A stretch of 54,463 bases of DNA from Hydrurus foetidus (GCA_900617105.1 UYFQ01000117.1:1-54463); one strand, 5' to 3'. Positions 37,490 to 49,430 are shown, counted from the first letter of the stretch. Notes: generated by a model not told the origin, from the letters alone. Translations and numbers: made by a program.

Positions 37490-39517
37490 CTACTTGATCT
37501 CTTTCCAGAACGCAATGAAGTCTTCCTCAGCATTGAAGAATCTATCCGGACGGCAGCATTCTACTACTTTTATTGCTGTGTCGTCTCTCTCCAACATTAC
37601 ATTCTGAATTCCTCCCAGACCGATACTCCCAAGAACTTCTGCGACTGCCATGCCCGATTCGGCAATACGTGATAGCTGATCACATCGATGGTTGGCATGT
37701 CCCCCGATATGGGTTGCCTCCTTCACCTCGATGCCATGAGACACACAAAGTAGTGTGAAGACCATGGCTGCATTGGTGACCACTTTGCCCCTAGGCCGCT
37801 CTGTTTTTGCCCAAGTGAGAGCCGAGACGCTGTCACCCCGCAGCTCGATGTCCTCATTGCTTACTCCAAGCTTGAGAAGACACAATATGCCTATGATGGC
37901 TCCGATGTACTCTGCCGTGGTTTGAAACGACGAGTCACTGCCAAAATTGAGTCCCCCCAAATCCATCGCCGTGGCCGCCACACATACCTCCAAGGCGTTA
38001 ACTCTCTGGTATATCAGTACCCCTGCACCCGTTAAGGATGCATCGAATTCGACAATATACACCGCTGCCCGAGTATCGAAGGACTCCAGCGATCTTGTAA
38101 ATTGCGCCTCATCGTATCCGACGAGGAACAGCATTGCTCTCCAGCAACGGATGGCACACCTTGTCTCTTCTTCAACAGTGAAGGTTGCGTGCCGATCCCG
38201 ACGGCCTATGGTTGCTCGATTCAGGGCGCCACAGAAGGGTCGCATCAAGCGGCAGATCCGTCCATACCGACTACCCCAAGATGCGAGCTTTTGCATCGTC
38301 TTTAGCTTCGCAGGTCTGTAGAGGTCTACTGAGAGGAAGCCGTGAATAGCGGAGAGAAAATTTTTCCTCGCAATTGATACCCGCATCGTGTCGAGGTCGA
38401 CGATGTAGCCGATTATCTCCAGGCGCGTACCGGTCTCAGTCTTGTCCGATGCCACTGCTGTTGGACCGAGGAGGCTCAAGCAGATTCTGGTGGCTTCCTT
38501 GATGTCCGATGCAACGTCCTCTGCGAAGCAGACTCCAATCACATCATCTACATACATCTCCGTAAAGCTTTTAAGGAGTGATTTGAATTCCCATTTGAGA
38601 GCTCTTGTAACGACTTGAAATGCCGCCGGTGTCGATGACCACCCGAAAATTCCACAGATTTGAAGATATATGAGGTCGCCCGTAAGTTCCATCCCGAAGA
38701 GTCCAGCATCTTCCGGTCGGAATGATAGAAGTGTATATGCCCCTCGAAGGTCCATTTTCCAAATTCTTAAACGTCCCCAGTTATACATTGTTTTTGGCTC
38801 GTTGCTCTGCCCCCAGAAATGGAGAATCATTTTAATGATGACATCTATGGTTGGATGGATGATGATGCCGTAGTATAGTTCAGAGGAGGCAGTCGTCTCG
38901 TCCGAGTTCAATGCCATCCCCTCAACAAAGGTAAGGTCACCATAGGTCGCCCAGACTTTTTCCCCTTCTTGGGTGTCCAGTGAGCGGTGCAAAGGTGTAG
39001 GTTCGAAATTGTTTGGACAGCTAGGGCCTTTGGAAGAAGAAAGCCAAGTTTCTCTGCGACAGTGCTCGCTATCATCTTGTTCACTGCCCCCGCAACCTTG
39101 AGATAAGAAGGCCGTAGTGGCGCCAGTGCGGACAAAGCCCGCTGGTCGGGGTACTCGCATCCCCTCTGCCAGGTCTAGTAATAGAACTCGCTCCGGGTTA
39201 TCAGGCAGGAGCAGATCAATCCTTGCTGGATTTAGGCGACTTTCTCTGAGAGACCTTAGTCGCCTTCTCACCATGGTCTCGAAATCCAGCTGAGCGGCTC
39301 GAAAGCAGCGGAGGTCGCTGTCTAGAACGTCTTGCGGGAACTCGAAGCCATTCGCCCACTCATTAGCTTCAGCTATTCCGTAGTTGGTACTGGCTGCTTT
39401 CACTGCCTCCGCTATTGTAATCCGAAGTGTTTCTCGCGGGGGAGCTACTCCCTCCAGGAAATATGCTGCCGCGCATTCCATTATTTCGTTTTGCATGTCG
39501 AAGTCTTGATCATTCAA
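37490..39517 (-). CDS. Reverse transcriptase-RNase H of the DIRS-order element (apparent compensating frameshifts near 39130 and 38945)
   Basis: RT motifs KMDLRGAY, FGWSSTPAAF, MYVDDVIG, LEIIGY. RNase H motifs EFDASLTGAG, AEYIG, RGDSVSAL, HIGGHANHRCDQLSR. Confidence 0.88.
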   Translation of the reverse strand: MNDQDFDMQNEIMECAAAYFLEGVAPPRETLRITIAEAVKAASTNYGIAEANEWANGFEFPQDVLDSDLRCFRAAQLDFETMVRRRLRSLRESRLNPARIDLLLPDNPERVLLLDLAEGMRVPRPAGFVRTGATTAFLSQGCGGSEQDDSEHCRRETWLSSSKGPSCPNNFEPTPLHRSLDTQEGEKVWATYGDLTFVEGMALNSDETTASSELYYGIIIHPTIDVIIKMILHFWGQSNEPKTMYNWGRLRIWKMDLRGAYTLLSFRPEDAGLFGMELTGDLIYLQICGIFGWSSTPAAFQVVTRALKWEFKSLLKSFTEMYVDDVIGVCFAEDVASDIKEATRICLSLLGPTAVASDKTETGTRLEIIGYIVDLDTMRVSIARKNFLSAIHGFLSVDLYRPAKLKTMQKLASWGSRYGRICRLMRPFCGALNRATIGRRDRHATFTVEEETRCAIRCWRAMLFLVGYDEAQFTRSLESFDTRAAVYIVEFDASLTGAGVLIYQRVNALEVCVAATAMDLGGLNFGSDSSFQTTAEYIGAIIGILCLLKLGVSNEDIELRGDSVSALTWAKTERPRGKVVTNAAMVFTLLCVSHGIEVKEATHIGGHANHRCDQLSRIAESGMAVAEVLGSIGLGGIQNVMLERDDTAIKVVECCRPDRFFNAEEDFIAFWKEIK

Positions 39518-39544
39518 GGCTTTTGTTGCTGGTATCCTTCCCCG

Positions 39545-40030
39545 TGCAGCTGATGGCCTCGCCGTGGCTGCCTCTGGTCTGCCCTCCTTATCCCTTGCAG
39601 CTGATGGTCTCGCCGTCGCTGCCTCTGATCTGCCCTCCTTATCCCCTGCAGCTGATGGTCTCGCCGTCGCTGCCTCTGATCTGCCCTCCTTATCCCCTGC
39701 AGCTGATGGTCTCGCCGTCGCTGCCTCTGATCTGCCCTCCTTATCCCCTGCAGCTGATGGTCTCGCCGTCGCTGCCTCTGATCTGCCCTCGCCCCTGGCT
39801 CGCTGCCTCTGTCCCTCCTTATCCCCTGCAGCTGATGGTCTCGCCGTCGCTGCCTCTCCTTATCCCCTGCAGCTGGTCTCTTCCTCTGTCTCCATCCCCT
39901 GCAGCTGATGGTCTCGCCATCGCTGCCTCTGATCTGCCCTCCTTATCCCCTGCAGCTGATGGTCTCGCCATCGCTGCCTCTGATCTGCCCTCCTTATCCC
40001 CTGCAGCTGATGGTCTCGCCATCACTGCCC
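39545..40030. repeat. 51-bp minisatellite (about 9 units, some partial) between gag and RT
   Basis: Unit TGCAGCTGATGGTCTCGCCGTCGCTGCCTCTGATCTGCCCTCCTTATCCCC starts at 39545, 39596, 39647, 39698 and 39749, then after scrambled partial units at 39900, 39951 and 40002. Confidence 0.92.
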
Positions 40031-40145
40031 TTGCGCTGCTGTCCGTGTCGTCTTGTGACCTAAGCACTTGGAACCTCCTCCTGTCCCCCCCTGGGTCCCA
40101 AACCCTTCCTTGTGGCAGCCTCCTCAGAGTCGTGCCACCCTCATC

Positions 40146-41696
40146 TTACTTCTTCGCCTTGTCGAGGTGCGCTAGTGCAATGTCTCGTAAGGCGTCCGGT
40201 AGTCTACCGATGGTCGCGCGCACGGTAGTATCCGACAGCTTTGAGAGGAGAAGGTGTCGCTTTGGGCAGTCCTTCCCCTTTGAGCATGATACCAGGTTGC
40301 CCTTCCCTGTGACAACCTTGAGTTGCTTCAGGACGTGGTACGAGCAGATGCTTTCCGGGGTGGTTTTCGCTGCTACAACCTCCCCCGTACGAATGGTGGG
40401 CACCAACTTCAAAGTAGGCTTAATGTACGTCCGAAAGTGCAGGTCTTGCCGGACTACATTGTCCCCTGCGAGGCTCGCTACAGTTGCAGCCAGCATTGAT
40501 GTCAGTAGTGTCGCACATCCTGTCGGATCTGACAGTGCAATGTCAGGGAATGCTGCCGAGCGGCTTTCACTTCGCACGGTCTTGCCCCACCTGCCCAGGC
40601 AGATGTCTATGCTGTGTTGGAGCAGATCGTCGGGAACAAGCTTCAAGGGGTCGGACGACCCAGTTAGTACCTCCTTGAGTGGTGCCATACAACCCGCAAA
40701 TGCTGGGGAATAGAAGACTCTCATCGCAACAGAGAGGACATCCAAGCTATCCGAGATTTTTCTACGTCCTTTGAGTGTTGGAGTTTCCGTCAGTGTGACT
40801 CCCCCCGCTCCGAACACCTGCAGACTAAGGTCCCCGTCGACGCCGAACTTTGCTTGCACGAAGGATGATACGGCTGCCTTGTCCTTTGCTATCGCGAGGT
40901 CAGCTATGTGCAAGATGAGAGGTGCATCCTGGTAGCATCCTGTAGTGTCTAGGCTCGGGTCTAAGGCTGCTGCTCAGATGGCTTGGAGGTATTCGCTAGC
41001 CTGAAGCACGTGGCCCCTGCCCGCAATGTCTAGTTCCCTCCCCTGTGTAAGTCGCCAGACAGGACCGAGCTCGACCTCCCTCTTCGCTGATTTGGACATG
41101 TCCCGACAACTCCTCTTGCCCCCATCAAGATCCTCCAGATATGTTTTCATTGCCACCTCACCTGTAATTGTTGGCGTCTGCACCCCAACCTCGTCCTGCG
41201 ACGCCTGCCTTGAACGCTTCCCTGATCCTGTGGCCGGTGCCATCATTGCATTGGCAGTGACCAGCCAGTCCCCCATAGCAACCAAGAACATCCCAGGAGT
41301 TGGCAACTTGACTAGGCAGCCTGTTGCCAGAGGTAATTCTGGTGGCCCCCCGCTGTAGCCGATGAATGAGGCGTATGTAAAGTGCTGGCCCGGAGCTCCA
41401 CGCAATATGAAGAAGGCGTGATCGGAGCTTCCAATATAGTTGAAGTCAATGGTCTCCTCGATAATAGGAAGCCGCAGCGGAAGAAAGAATATAGACGCCG
41501 TTGGTGGCGAGGTTACCAGCGCGACGTTGTAAAGCCGAAGGCGCTCATGATCCGCAGTCGACTCCAGTATCAAGACGCTTGGCATCGCAGACGTCTCCAG
41601 TAGAATCCCTTCAAGAGCCAGATAGTTGGGTAGTAGGCTGGCGAACAGCGAGGTATTGTTCTGCTGTGTAGCTGTAGCACTTGATGAAGATGCCAT
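40146..41696 (-). pseudogene. ORF1 (gag-like) of the DIRS-order element, split by one in-frame TGA
   Basis: ORFs 40974-41744 and 40146-40913 are in the same frame, separated by TGA at 40974-40976 plus 20 sense codons. C-terminal CCCH-like motif (CSYH…CSKGKDCPKRH); position upstream of RT. Confidence 0.7.
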
Positions 41697-43798
41697 GGTA
41701 TGTGGCGGTATATAGTGTTGGATACTCGCTGAGTATCGTGCCAAAAAACGTTCGAAACGCTTCTGTGAGTGTTGAGAAAACTCAATTCTAAAATTGTGTA
41801 TCTATTTCTGAAAAACTTATCTACGTTGAGCTTGTGGATCTGCAATCAATGTCTTGTCACAATCTTTCACAACCATGGAATCTGAGCGGTCACAGGCTGA
41901 GATCCAGATCCGAATCGAAGTGTACATCCGAATCATGGTGGTGCGTTCTGGGTCACCGGCATTATTTGAAAACTCCCCTACTGTCCAGAGAACCCATCCT
42001 GGAGTTCTCATGGGCGCGCCAGCTTGCGGAGTTCCCCCCATCCTCTGAAAGTTGGAACAAGGAGGTACCGTCGCCGACCCTTTGTTTGCGGAATCTCGGT
42101 GACATTGGAACTTCTTTTTGTCCGAAAGTTGGTACAGAACAACTTATCGACTCACTTCACTCTCCATATTACTGCACAACCATTTCAGCGTCTCATCAAG
42201 AGTTGAGTGGCGCAAATTGAGGGTCTGTTTATTGTCAACCAAGCCACAGCGGGAAATTTTGTTTGAAGACCGGAATCAAATCTGAGAGGCTTTGGAGGAA
42301 ACAGCCTTCATTTTAGTCGAGGTGAGCGATGAGCTCCACAAGATAGACACCAATTCCTTGGATGTCCAACTGCAGCGTGATTCATCTTCTAAAAACAAAA
42401 TGCAATCAGTATTTAGAATCTCCGGCACGGCAAGTTGTGCGACTGATTTCTAAATGATGTTTCCCCCTATCACCTTGCTTTTCAGCGATGATCCAAATAT
42501 TTGCCTTCGACTGTCAAGCCACTGGACTGTTTCCTCTGGACAAGGACATCAAAGTACGGAAGGGATCTCTGTACCAGTTGAGGCGCAATGCGAGCAACTG
42601 TCACGGTGAGCTTATCTTGCCTGGAGGAGAGCGATATATTCTACGTCTTTCGTAGAGCGTCTGTCGGGAAATTTATCCTATCAATTATGCCTGCACTTTT
42701 AACCCCATCTGATTAAACCGAAAATGCTGCTAGGATAAAACGCTGGCAAAATTTTATTCATATTTCTTACTTAGAGTTTTTAGCATCACAAATTCTATCT
42801 TGTTGAGTAGTTGTGCAGTAAACTCTTGGATGTGCACCCCTTTCATGCTTGAAGTGCTTCATACACTCTGAAAAGCAGTGACACTTTGTTTTAGTGATTA
42901 TCTACTGTGCACTCATCATCGACCGCTCCGTAGATAGAACCCCGAGCTCTTCACTAACTCATATGGACTAATATGTTACTTACATGTCACCGATCAGATT
43001 CGAATTGCATCCAAGTCCGTGCGCCTCGGAATATGGAAGGCTCCAATCGTGGTTCATACGAAACAGGAGAGCATATTGGACACCTTCGCAGAGAAACTTC
43101 AGTCAAACTTTCACCCATCATTGACACACTACATGACACAAACATGTTACATACAGTAACGTTTGACTGCTTTTTGCGTGATAACGACACCACGCATGCC
43201 CGAAACGGTTACTTTTTGCATGTTGTTGTCATGAGTAGCAACTCCATGGAGTTCAATCTTAAACTGCTATCCCTCTTCAACGAGAGTGAATTGTAACTTC
43301 AGCGAATCACTTTTTGTCTAGAAATGCGTTAGATAACATATACCACTTATGTCTTTTTATTTGTGAAATTTATGTTACGGCATTTATAAATTGTAATTAA
43401 AGCATTTTCTATCATAAACCTTGTTTTGCAAGCGACAATGCATTATTCAGACCTAATCAATGAAAATGCAATAAAAATGAACTGTCATAATAAGGTAAAA
43501 GATTAATTATCGTCAAAGGAACCATTAACGATTTCACATTACGATTCATTTTTGCAACTAATTACAATAAATTTTAAACATGAATACAGAATGTATTTGC
43601 GGATAATTATTGGTCTGGACTGCTTACCTGAATGGTCACCGCATGCAGCCATGCAGTGAGCTTTGTTGTGGTGATCTTTTTTGAGGTGTGGTGAGTTTGT
43701 TAACTCTTACTTTCACGAAGTATGTCTGTTGGTAAAACTACCGATATTGGACGCTTTCTTAGCAAGTTACGTCCTCCAAATTAATGTAAGTTTATTAT

Positions 43799-46193
43799 TT
43801 ACAAGTTTGCGATAAAGTTCATTGCTTCTGTAATTTCATGATCATATTCTAGCATTGCGTTGTCATACTCTACCATAAAATCAATCTCTGGGATCATATC
43901 GCTTGTTTCATTTACTTCTATATTACTGATTTCATTATTGGCATTATTTGAGTTTTCTAATGTCCCTGTGGGGACTGATTCCATAGTACCACATATGTTG
44001 TGTTTAGAGTACACTTGAAATGTAAGCGATGACACATCACTATCATCAAAAGGAACACAACCCGCACTAATGAATGATCTTTTTACCCCTTCTACAAATT
44101 TTTCTTCTTTGAAAGCTCCCGCAATCAGGTCGAACAAGTCTTGGATACCTTGCAACATGTTAGGTTTGGGGGGTTGGAATACAGGCATCGTACGTTCTTG
44201 TACATCTTTTGCTGCTTCCTCTTCATACAATCTTTTAAATGTTTGAAAGCTTTCTACTATTCTTGCACCTCTTAAATTTCTAGTATGTGCTTTCAGCGGT
44301 CCGTTTACGACTAAATCTAATACCTGTAGAACACCTGTCATGTTAGGTGGTAAACAGGCTATTTGTACATCTAATTCACCAATAACCTCATCTACCATAT
44401 TTGTTTTGTGACATCCACAATTGTCAAACCATATCATTAATTTTCCTAACTTTTCTCTCAAGGGCTTTACAACAGTCTTTAACCACATGATCATTCTGAC
44501 AGTGTCGTTCCATGCCTTAAACTGGCTAGTAATTACGTGGCCTGTCACAGTGTTAATTATGTAGTAGCATGCATGAATATTTGTAACACCTTTAATCGTT
44601 AACTCCTTCGACCATTTGATAAGTTTCCAATAATTATCATCACCAAATCCTTCATTTTTCTTATGCAGATCTTGAATTACTCTCAAACCGGACTGATCAG
44701 GTCTATCATCTGAGCTCACGGAGTGTTTTATGATAATAAACAAAGGTACGAATTCGCCGTTTCCACTCACCGCGACCACTGCTGTAATACGAAGCATTGT
44801 ATTTGGTATTCCTATATTCTGCGCGCGACTTTGATCTGGTGGACAGTACATATACTCAGGTTCTATTGCATAAGTAAGTGCTGTTTCATCCATGTTTATT
44901 GTTGTATCTTTTGTGTGTCCAAAATCTCTATACATATTTTGACCGATATTCATTATTCTTGTTATTTTCTCATCAGATGGGACATTTTTGTCGTCAGTTG
45001 TTATTTTTCTTCTCCGCATATTCGCCCTCGTTAAAAATTTCCGAACCCATCTAGAACTGAACTCTAGTTTTTTTATTCGTCACTAATCCACCTCTCACTT
45101 GCTTGCACAGCTTTTGCAGCGTCTTCTATGATGGCATACGTGTAAACGACGCTTACTAGGATGCGTGGAATGTCGGTAATTACGCCATCGACCTGTTACG
45201 AGGTGCATCAATATCATATCATATTAGAGTGGAAATACAAGATAAGACTGCACACATCAGACTAGAGTGTAAATGGTGATTAAATATTGATTTAGCGATT
45301 GACAATAGAATAAATTTCACATTATAGAAATTGGTGCTACTTACATTTTTTTGCTCGATTTCACATATCATTAACTTTCCCTAGACATCTGCCTCAAACT
45401 CAACTGAGATTTTTCGACCAGATACTTTTCTCACAACATCCCTACCAATTACCCATCTGACGATCGATTCGACCACTAACTCAGAATAACGCGTGTAATT
45501 AGATAGAATCAACTTGGTGAATGTAGCAGTTGCATGAGTATCCACTTTGTATTCTATCCCTTGCAACTCAATTTGAGCTGTCGTTACGGAGTCGAATAAC
45601 GCAATAACCATCTGAATCTCATGCAACTTAAATTTGATGTTCTTATTAGGAAATTTACCCAGAGTCTCTACTACAGCGGGATGAAGTGAAATCTGTGAAA
45701 GCTCCAGGTCGATTTCATCATCATCATCGTCATCATCAATGAAGATGTTACGACGGACACTTCTGAGTTCGGTAGTGCTCCGTAGTGAAGACTCTTTCAC
45801 TGCTGCATTGATGTATATAGTTGGTGACTCATCAACAGCACAAATAGTGTCTGCTACATACTCATACACTTGCTTTCCATATCTTAGCATCTGCCTATAA
45901 CCTATCTCTTCCCCTTTCTTTACCCTTTTCCTGCTCGGCTCTGATGCTTCGCACACATCATTCATTTGTCTCAGCCACAGAACACCATAAATCTGACTGA
46001 TTGAAACATACTGTGACTCAAGTTTGAATGTTCTGTACATCAATACATTCACTATTCGATGAATTTCTAAAACTAAGTAGTTAAGAGTGGTCTGATCACT
46101 TAATGTCCCAATTTTAAAGATAATGTCCGCTCCTCTACTCTTCGCCGACAGATCCATAAACTCTTCTACATTATTATATCCTTTGGAGCCCAC
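43799..46193 (-). pseudogene. pogo/Tigger-type (DDE_1) transposase, DD35D, with disrupted N-terminal region
   Basis: Motifs NMDET, RITAVVAVSGNG, WFDNCGCH and LPPNMTGVLQVLD (35 residues between second and third D). CENP-B-type HTH end (FSSRWVRKFLTR) near 45030-45065; probable intron 45193-45344; stops near 45381 and 45075. TIRs not found. Confidence 0.85.
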
Positions 46194-46864
46194 TAGGACT
46201 ATCGTGCATCCAAACTGCTCGATGGATTTCTTAAATATAGTGAGTCCTTAATGCAGAGCTAATTAATCGAATCGGAAGTTATGATTTCCGTGATGGACGA
46301 AGCATTTCAGCTCATCACAGAGAGTAGTTATCGACCACTGGACTAGGACGACAAACCAGCGCAATTGCGACTGAGTAAGCGCACAATTCGATGGCGAGAG
46401 ATGCAACCTGCAAAAATCAGTGGTAAAAGTTAAAATCACTAATTCAAAAATGATGGGCTTATACAGGCGTGCCGGACAATCGCAATTATGTGGAAAGTAA
46501 TGCTAAATGAGATGCTACGAGTGTCTGTAGGAGGATAGAGCGAACGGATTGTTCATCATATGATCCTAGACATGATCAAGCAAAAAAGTAGTCGATACTA
46601 CGTTTGCAGCAAAATCTCGACCATTTTTCACCTTTGCAATTTTCTCGTCCTGATCAGCAGAGGTACTGAGTGGTAGATTCATAATCACAGAACGTTTTGC
46701 AACAGCGTGGAAAGATGATTGAGATAATGTGAACTGAATGGTTGTGGTTCCATATTGTACAGTAAGTGATTAGTTGGACGAAAAAAGGTCCAATGTCACC
46801 GATGTAGACTCAAGCCCCCGCAAAGAAAGGGTCGGCGACGGTATAGAAAGAGAGGGGGCACTTA

Positions 46865-46878
46865 GGCCAAACCTTATA
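46865..46878 (+). mobile_element. Orphan Harbinger-family TIR
   Basis: GGCCAAACCTTATA is identical to 6817-6830 and is preceded by TTA, the usual Harbinger target; no clear partner TIR. Confidence 0.5.
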
Positions 46879-46911
46879 CGGTAGGGGACCTCTGGAACCG
46901 ACAATCTTGAG

Positions 46912-47322
46912 TAGAGTGGGGGACCTATTTAAGCGCACCTCTCCAGGATTAATTCCAGCATACGGAGTTTTTAGTGCACTTTACTTCTGAGGTTGTTTTT
47001 GAACTCGCCCTGGTCTGAAGAAAATTCTAAGCTATCTAAAAGTTCCATTTGATAACCGGAAAGGTCCTAAACTTAGAAAGTCTAAACCACCAAAATAAAA
47101 CGGTGCTTAATTAAGATCAGTGTACGGTTTTTAGTTCATTTCGGTAAAATAATTTCCGTACGCAGGCTCATTATACCGTATTTGGCCGTATTTTACGCAG
47201 ATGCGGCGTAATTAAGCCGTTTCCGGTACGTTTTCAGTACGGTTTTAGGTCCATTTCCGTTAAAACTTTGGAAAAAATTGGGGCTTAATTCGAATCTAAG
47301 AAACAATAGGTCCCCCACTCTA
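46912..47322. mobile_element. MITE-like element (411 bp)
   Basis: Perfect 18-bp inverted repeats TAGAGTGGGGGACCTATT (46912-46929) and AATAGGTCCCCCACTCTA (47305-47322). The outer TA could be a Tc1/mariner-type TSD; interior is non-coding. Confidence 0.7.
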
Positions 47323-47611
47323 GTGACACCAAGAAAAATTTTCAGCTGCTTCATTTCTTTTTGATTACCATTTTTATTCAACAATTAATGTAGAGGAAGG
47401 TGAGACGAACAATTATTGTTGGTTGAATTTTTGTTTTTTCATTTTTTAGAGGAGCTGAAAATTTTTAAGTTTGCACTCAAAACGGCGGATGTGACATTTG
47501 AGTGGTCAAAAAACGAGAATGTGGTGTTCGTACACGTATGTACATCTACGTACGCGTAAAAGTAGCGCGAAACGCGTGGAATGATAATTTTCTGTGCATA
47601 CTTCCCTCTTT

Positions 47612-47762
47612 TGTTGTAATCTATTATTTTCTGCCTCCGAAATCGACTTTTAAATTGGTTTTTAAAAACGGAATTTGATTAATTTTATCTTCTCTGACTC
47701 TTTTCGGTTTTTGCTGTTATGTACTGGTCGTACTTTACTTTAACTGCTCAGTAACTCCAACA
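47612..47762 (-). repeat. Candidate 3' LTR of the Copia element (151 bp)
   Basis: TGTTG…CAACA termini downstream of RNase H. No convincing PPT and no partner LTR in the window. Confidence 0.35.
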
Positions 47763-48255
47763 GGGACTACTCTATGGCTTCGGTACACTTTCATGGTTCA
47801 TACATGCTCATTCAATATTAATCATAAATAAAGTTTTATCAATGGCTCCGGAATGTTACGTCGGTGTCTTGAAAATCGATCTCAGTCGGAAAAGAATATG
47901 GCAGAAGTCTGCGGTAGGAATTTGTAGGCGGTAGAAATAGTTGGCGGTTGGAATTGAAGTTTGCTTTTGGCAAAGTTGTCAGTTGGAAATAGGTTATCGT
48001 AGGAGTGTTGGTGCTGGAGTCTTCGTAATGATGGGTCTTCAGCTAATGTATCTCGACCATATGTGATGTAGGCTCGAGTTTATGTGCCTTGAGTGTTCAG
48101 GTCTTGGAGGTTGGTGTTGTAGGGCAGAAGAAATTCGATGGAATTGCAGATTCATAAAAACAGATTCATATAATACATGGAGTTGATGTTGGCCAAAGTA
48201 GTAGGAATGATTTTGGCAAAGCGTAGGTAGAAGGAAATTCGAATGAATGGAATAC

Positions 48256-49430
48256 TCAGGTGATGCCGAGTAGTTTATCTCGGAAAGCTCTCCTTGAAGG
48301 GATTTGGTTAGCATATCTGCTAACATTTCGGTGGTTGACTTGTAAATGATGGCGATTTCCTTTTCTCTTACCCGGTCATGTAGGAAAAAATACCGGATGT
48401 TGATGTGGCGCGTACGTTCGATTTTGGAGCGACCGTTGTTAATAAGTTGGATCGTTGATTTACTGTCTTGAAAAATGATGGCGCTCCTGTCTTGATATCC
48501 CTGATCTATGAGGAACAGTTGTGCCCACAGCACTTGACTGGCTGAGTCGCTCAGTCCTACTAGCTCGGCTTCGGTACTCGACTTCGTGGTTAGCTTTTGA
48601 GTTGAACTCTTAGCATACACTACGCCTTTCCCTAGTGTGATGGCGCTTCCAGTGTGGCTCTTCATATCTATATGTACACTGAAAGAGGCGTCAATATAAC
48701 ATGTAACTGTGATGGGGTCTTCGACTCGTAGGGTGAGTCCTAGGTCTTTAGTGCCCCGGATGTACTGAATAGTACGTTCCAGCTTCTTCATGTCTTCGAC
48801 TTGAGGCTTCGTCACCCGCTTGATTAAAAACGCTACCGGCGTCAAGATGTCTGGTCTTGCCCTTTTGCTAGGGTATAACAGCTTCGCTGTAGTTGAATGG
48901 AAATACTCACGAGCAGAAGTGGTTAGTAGTGGGTCAGGAGTATCCGGTTTCACGGAAAATAATTCCGACTTGGCCGGTGTCGGTGCCACCCCTAGAATAT
49001 TTTTACAGTCTTCTAGCAGCTCCTTGACGAATCCCTCCATGGTTATCCTAACCTCACCGGCTGACTCGAAATTAAAAGTCATTCCTATATAATTAAGTGC
49101 TTTTTCTCGATGTTTCGTTAGTCTGGGATATAGTTTTTTAATTTCATGAATTATCATATCAACATATTCGTCATTGCTACACGATATCATGTCATCAACG
49201 TGAATAATCAATGTGGTTTGAGATTTATTGTTTTCAATTCTGTTGAACACACACATGTCATATGCATTAGCAGTATAGCCATGATGACATGATGACATGT
49301 GAATTTTTATCACACCACAGTTTTGCAGATTCAACACATCCATACAATGCTTTTTTCAATTTAACAATGCATGTAACCTTATCATTAACATATTTCATAT
49401 ATGAGTTATCAATGGATATCAAAACACCAG
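48256..49430 (-). pseudogene. pol: Copia RT C-terminal part and RNase H
   Basis: Motifs KLKKALYGCVESAKLW, HVDD, RARPDI, YIDASF, SSTEAELVG, HINIRYFFLHD, MLADMLTK; several frameshifts. Confidence 0.9.

Larger units (their letters stand above)
36155..41738 (-). mobile_element. Tyrosine-recombinase retrotransposon (DIRS order; Ngaro/PAT-like organisation); boundaries approximate
   Basis: Gag-like ORF, RT-RNase H ORF and YR ORF in that order on one strand. No protease, DDE integrase or methyltransferase seen. More GC-rich than the flanks. Confidence 0.88.

Noticed and set aside
39427..40713. 428-aa plus-strand ORF
   Set aside because: It is antisense to ORF1 and runs through a GC-rich triplet-length repeat that is stop-poor; no recognisable domain.
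41800..43350. Coding-like sequence with short ORFs between the YR element and the pogo transposase
   Set aside because: Frequent stops in the frames I tried and no family motif recognised.
47174..47187. TACCGTATTTGGCC as the partner of the orphan Harbinger TIR at 46865
   Set aside because: It needs a 5-nt deletion to match, has no TTA TSD and lies inside the MITE.
48039..48255. C-terminal extension of the 434-aa Copia ORF
   Set aside because: Read-through caused by a frameshift after LQGEL; the natural end (RDKLLGIT*) is in another frame at about 48256.
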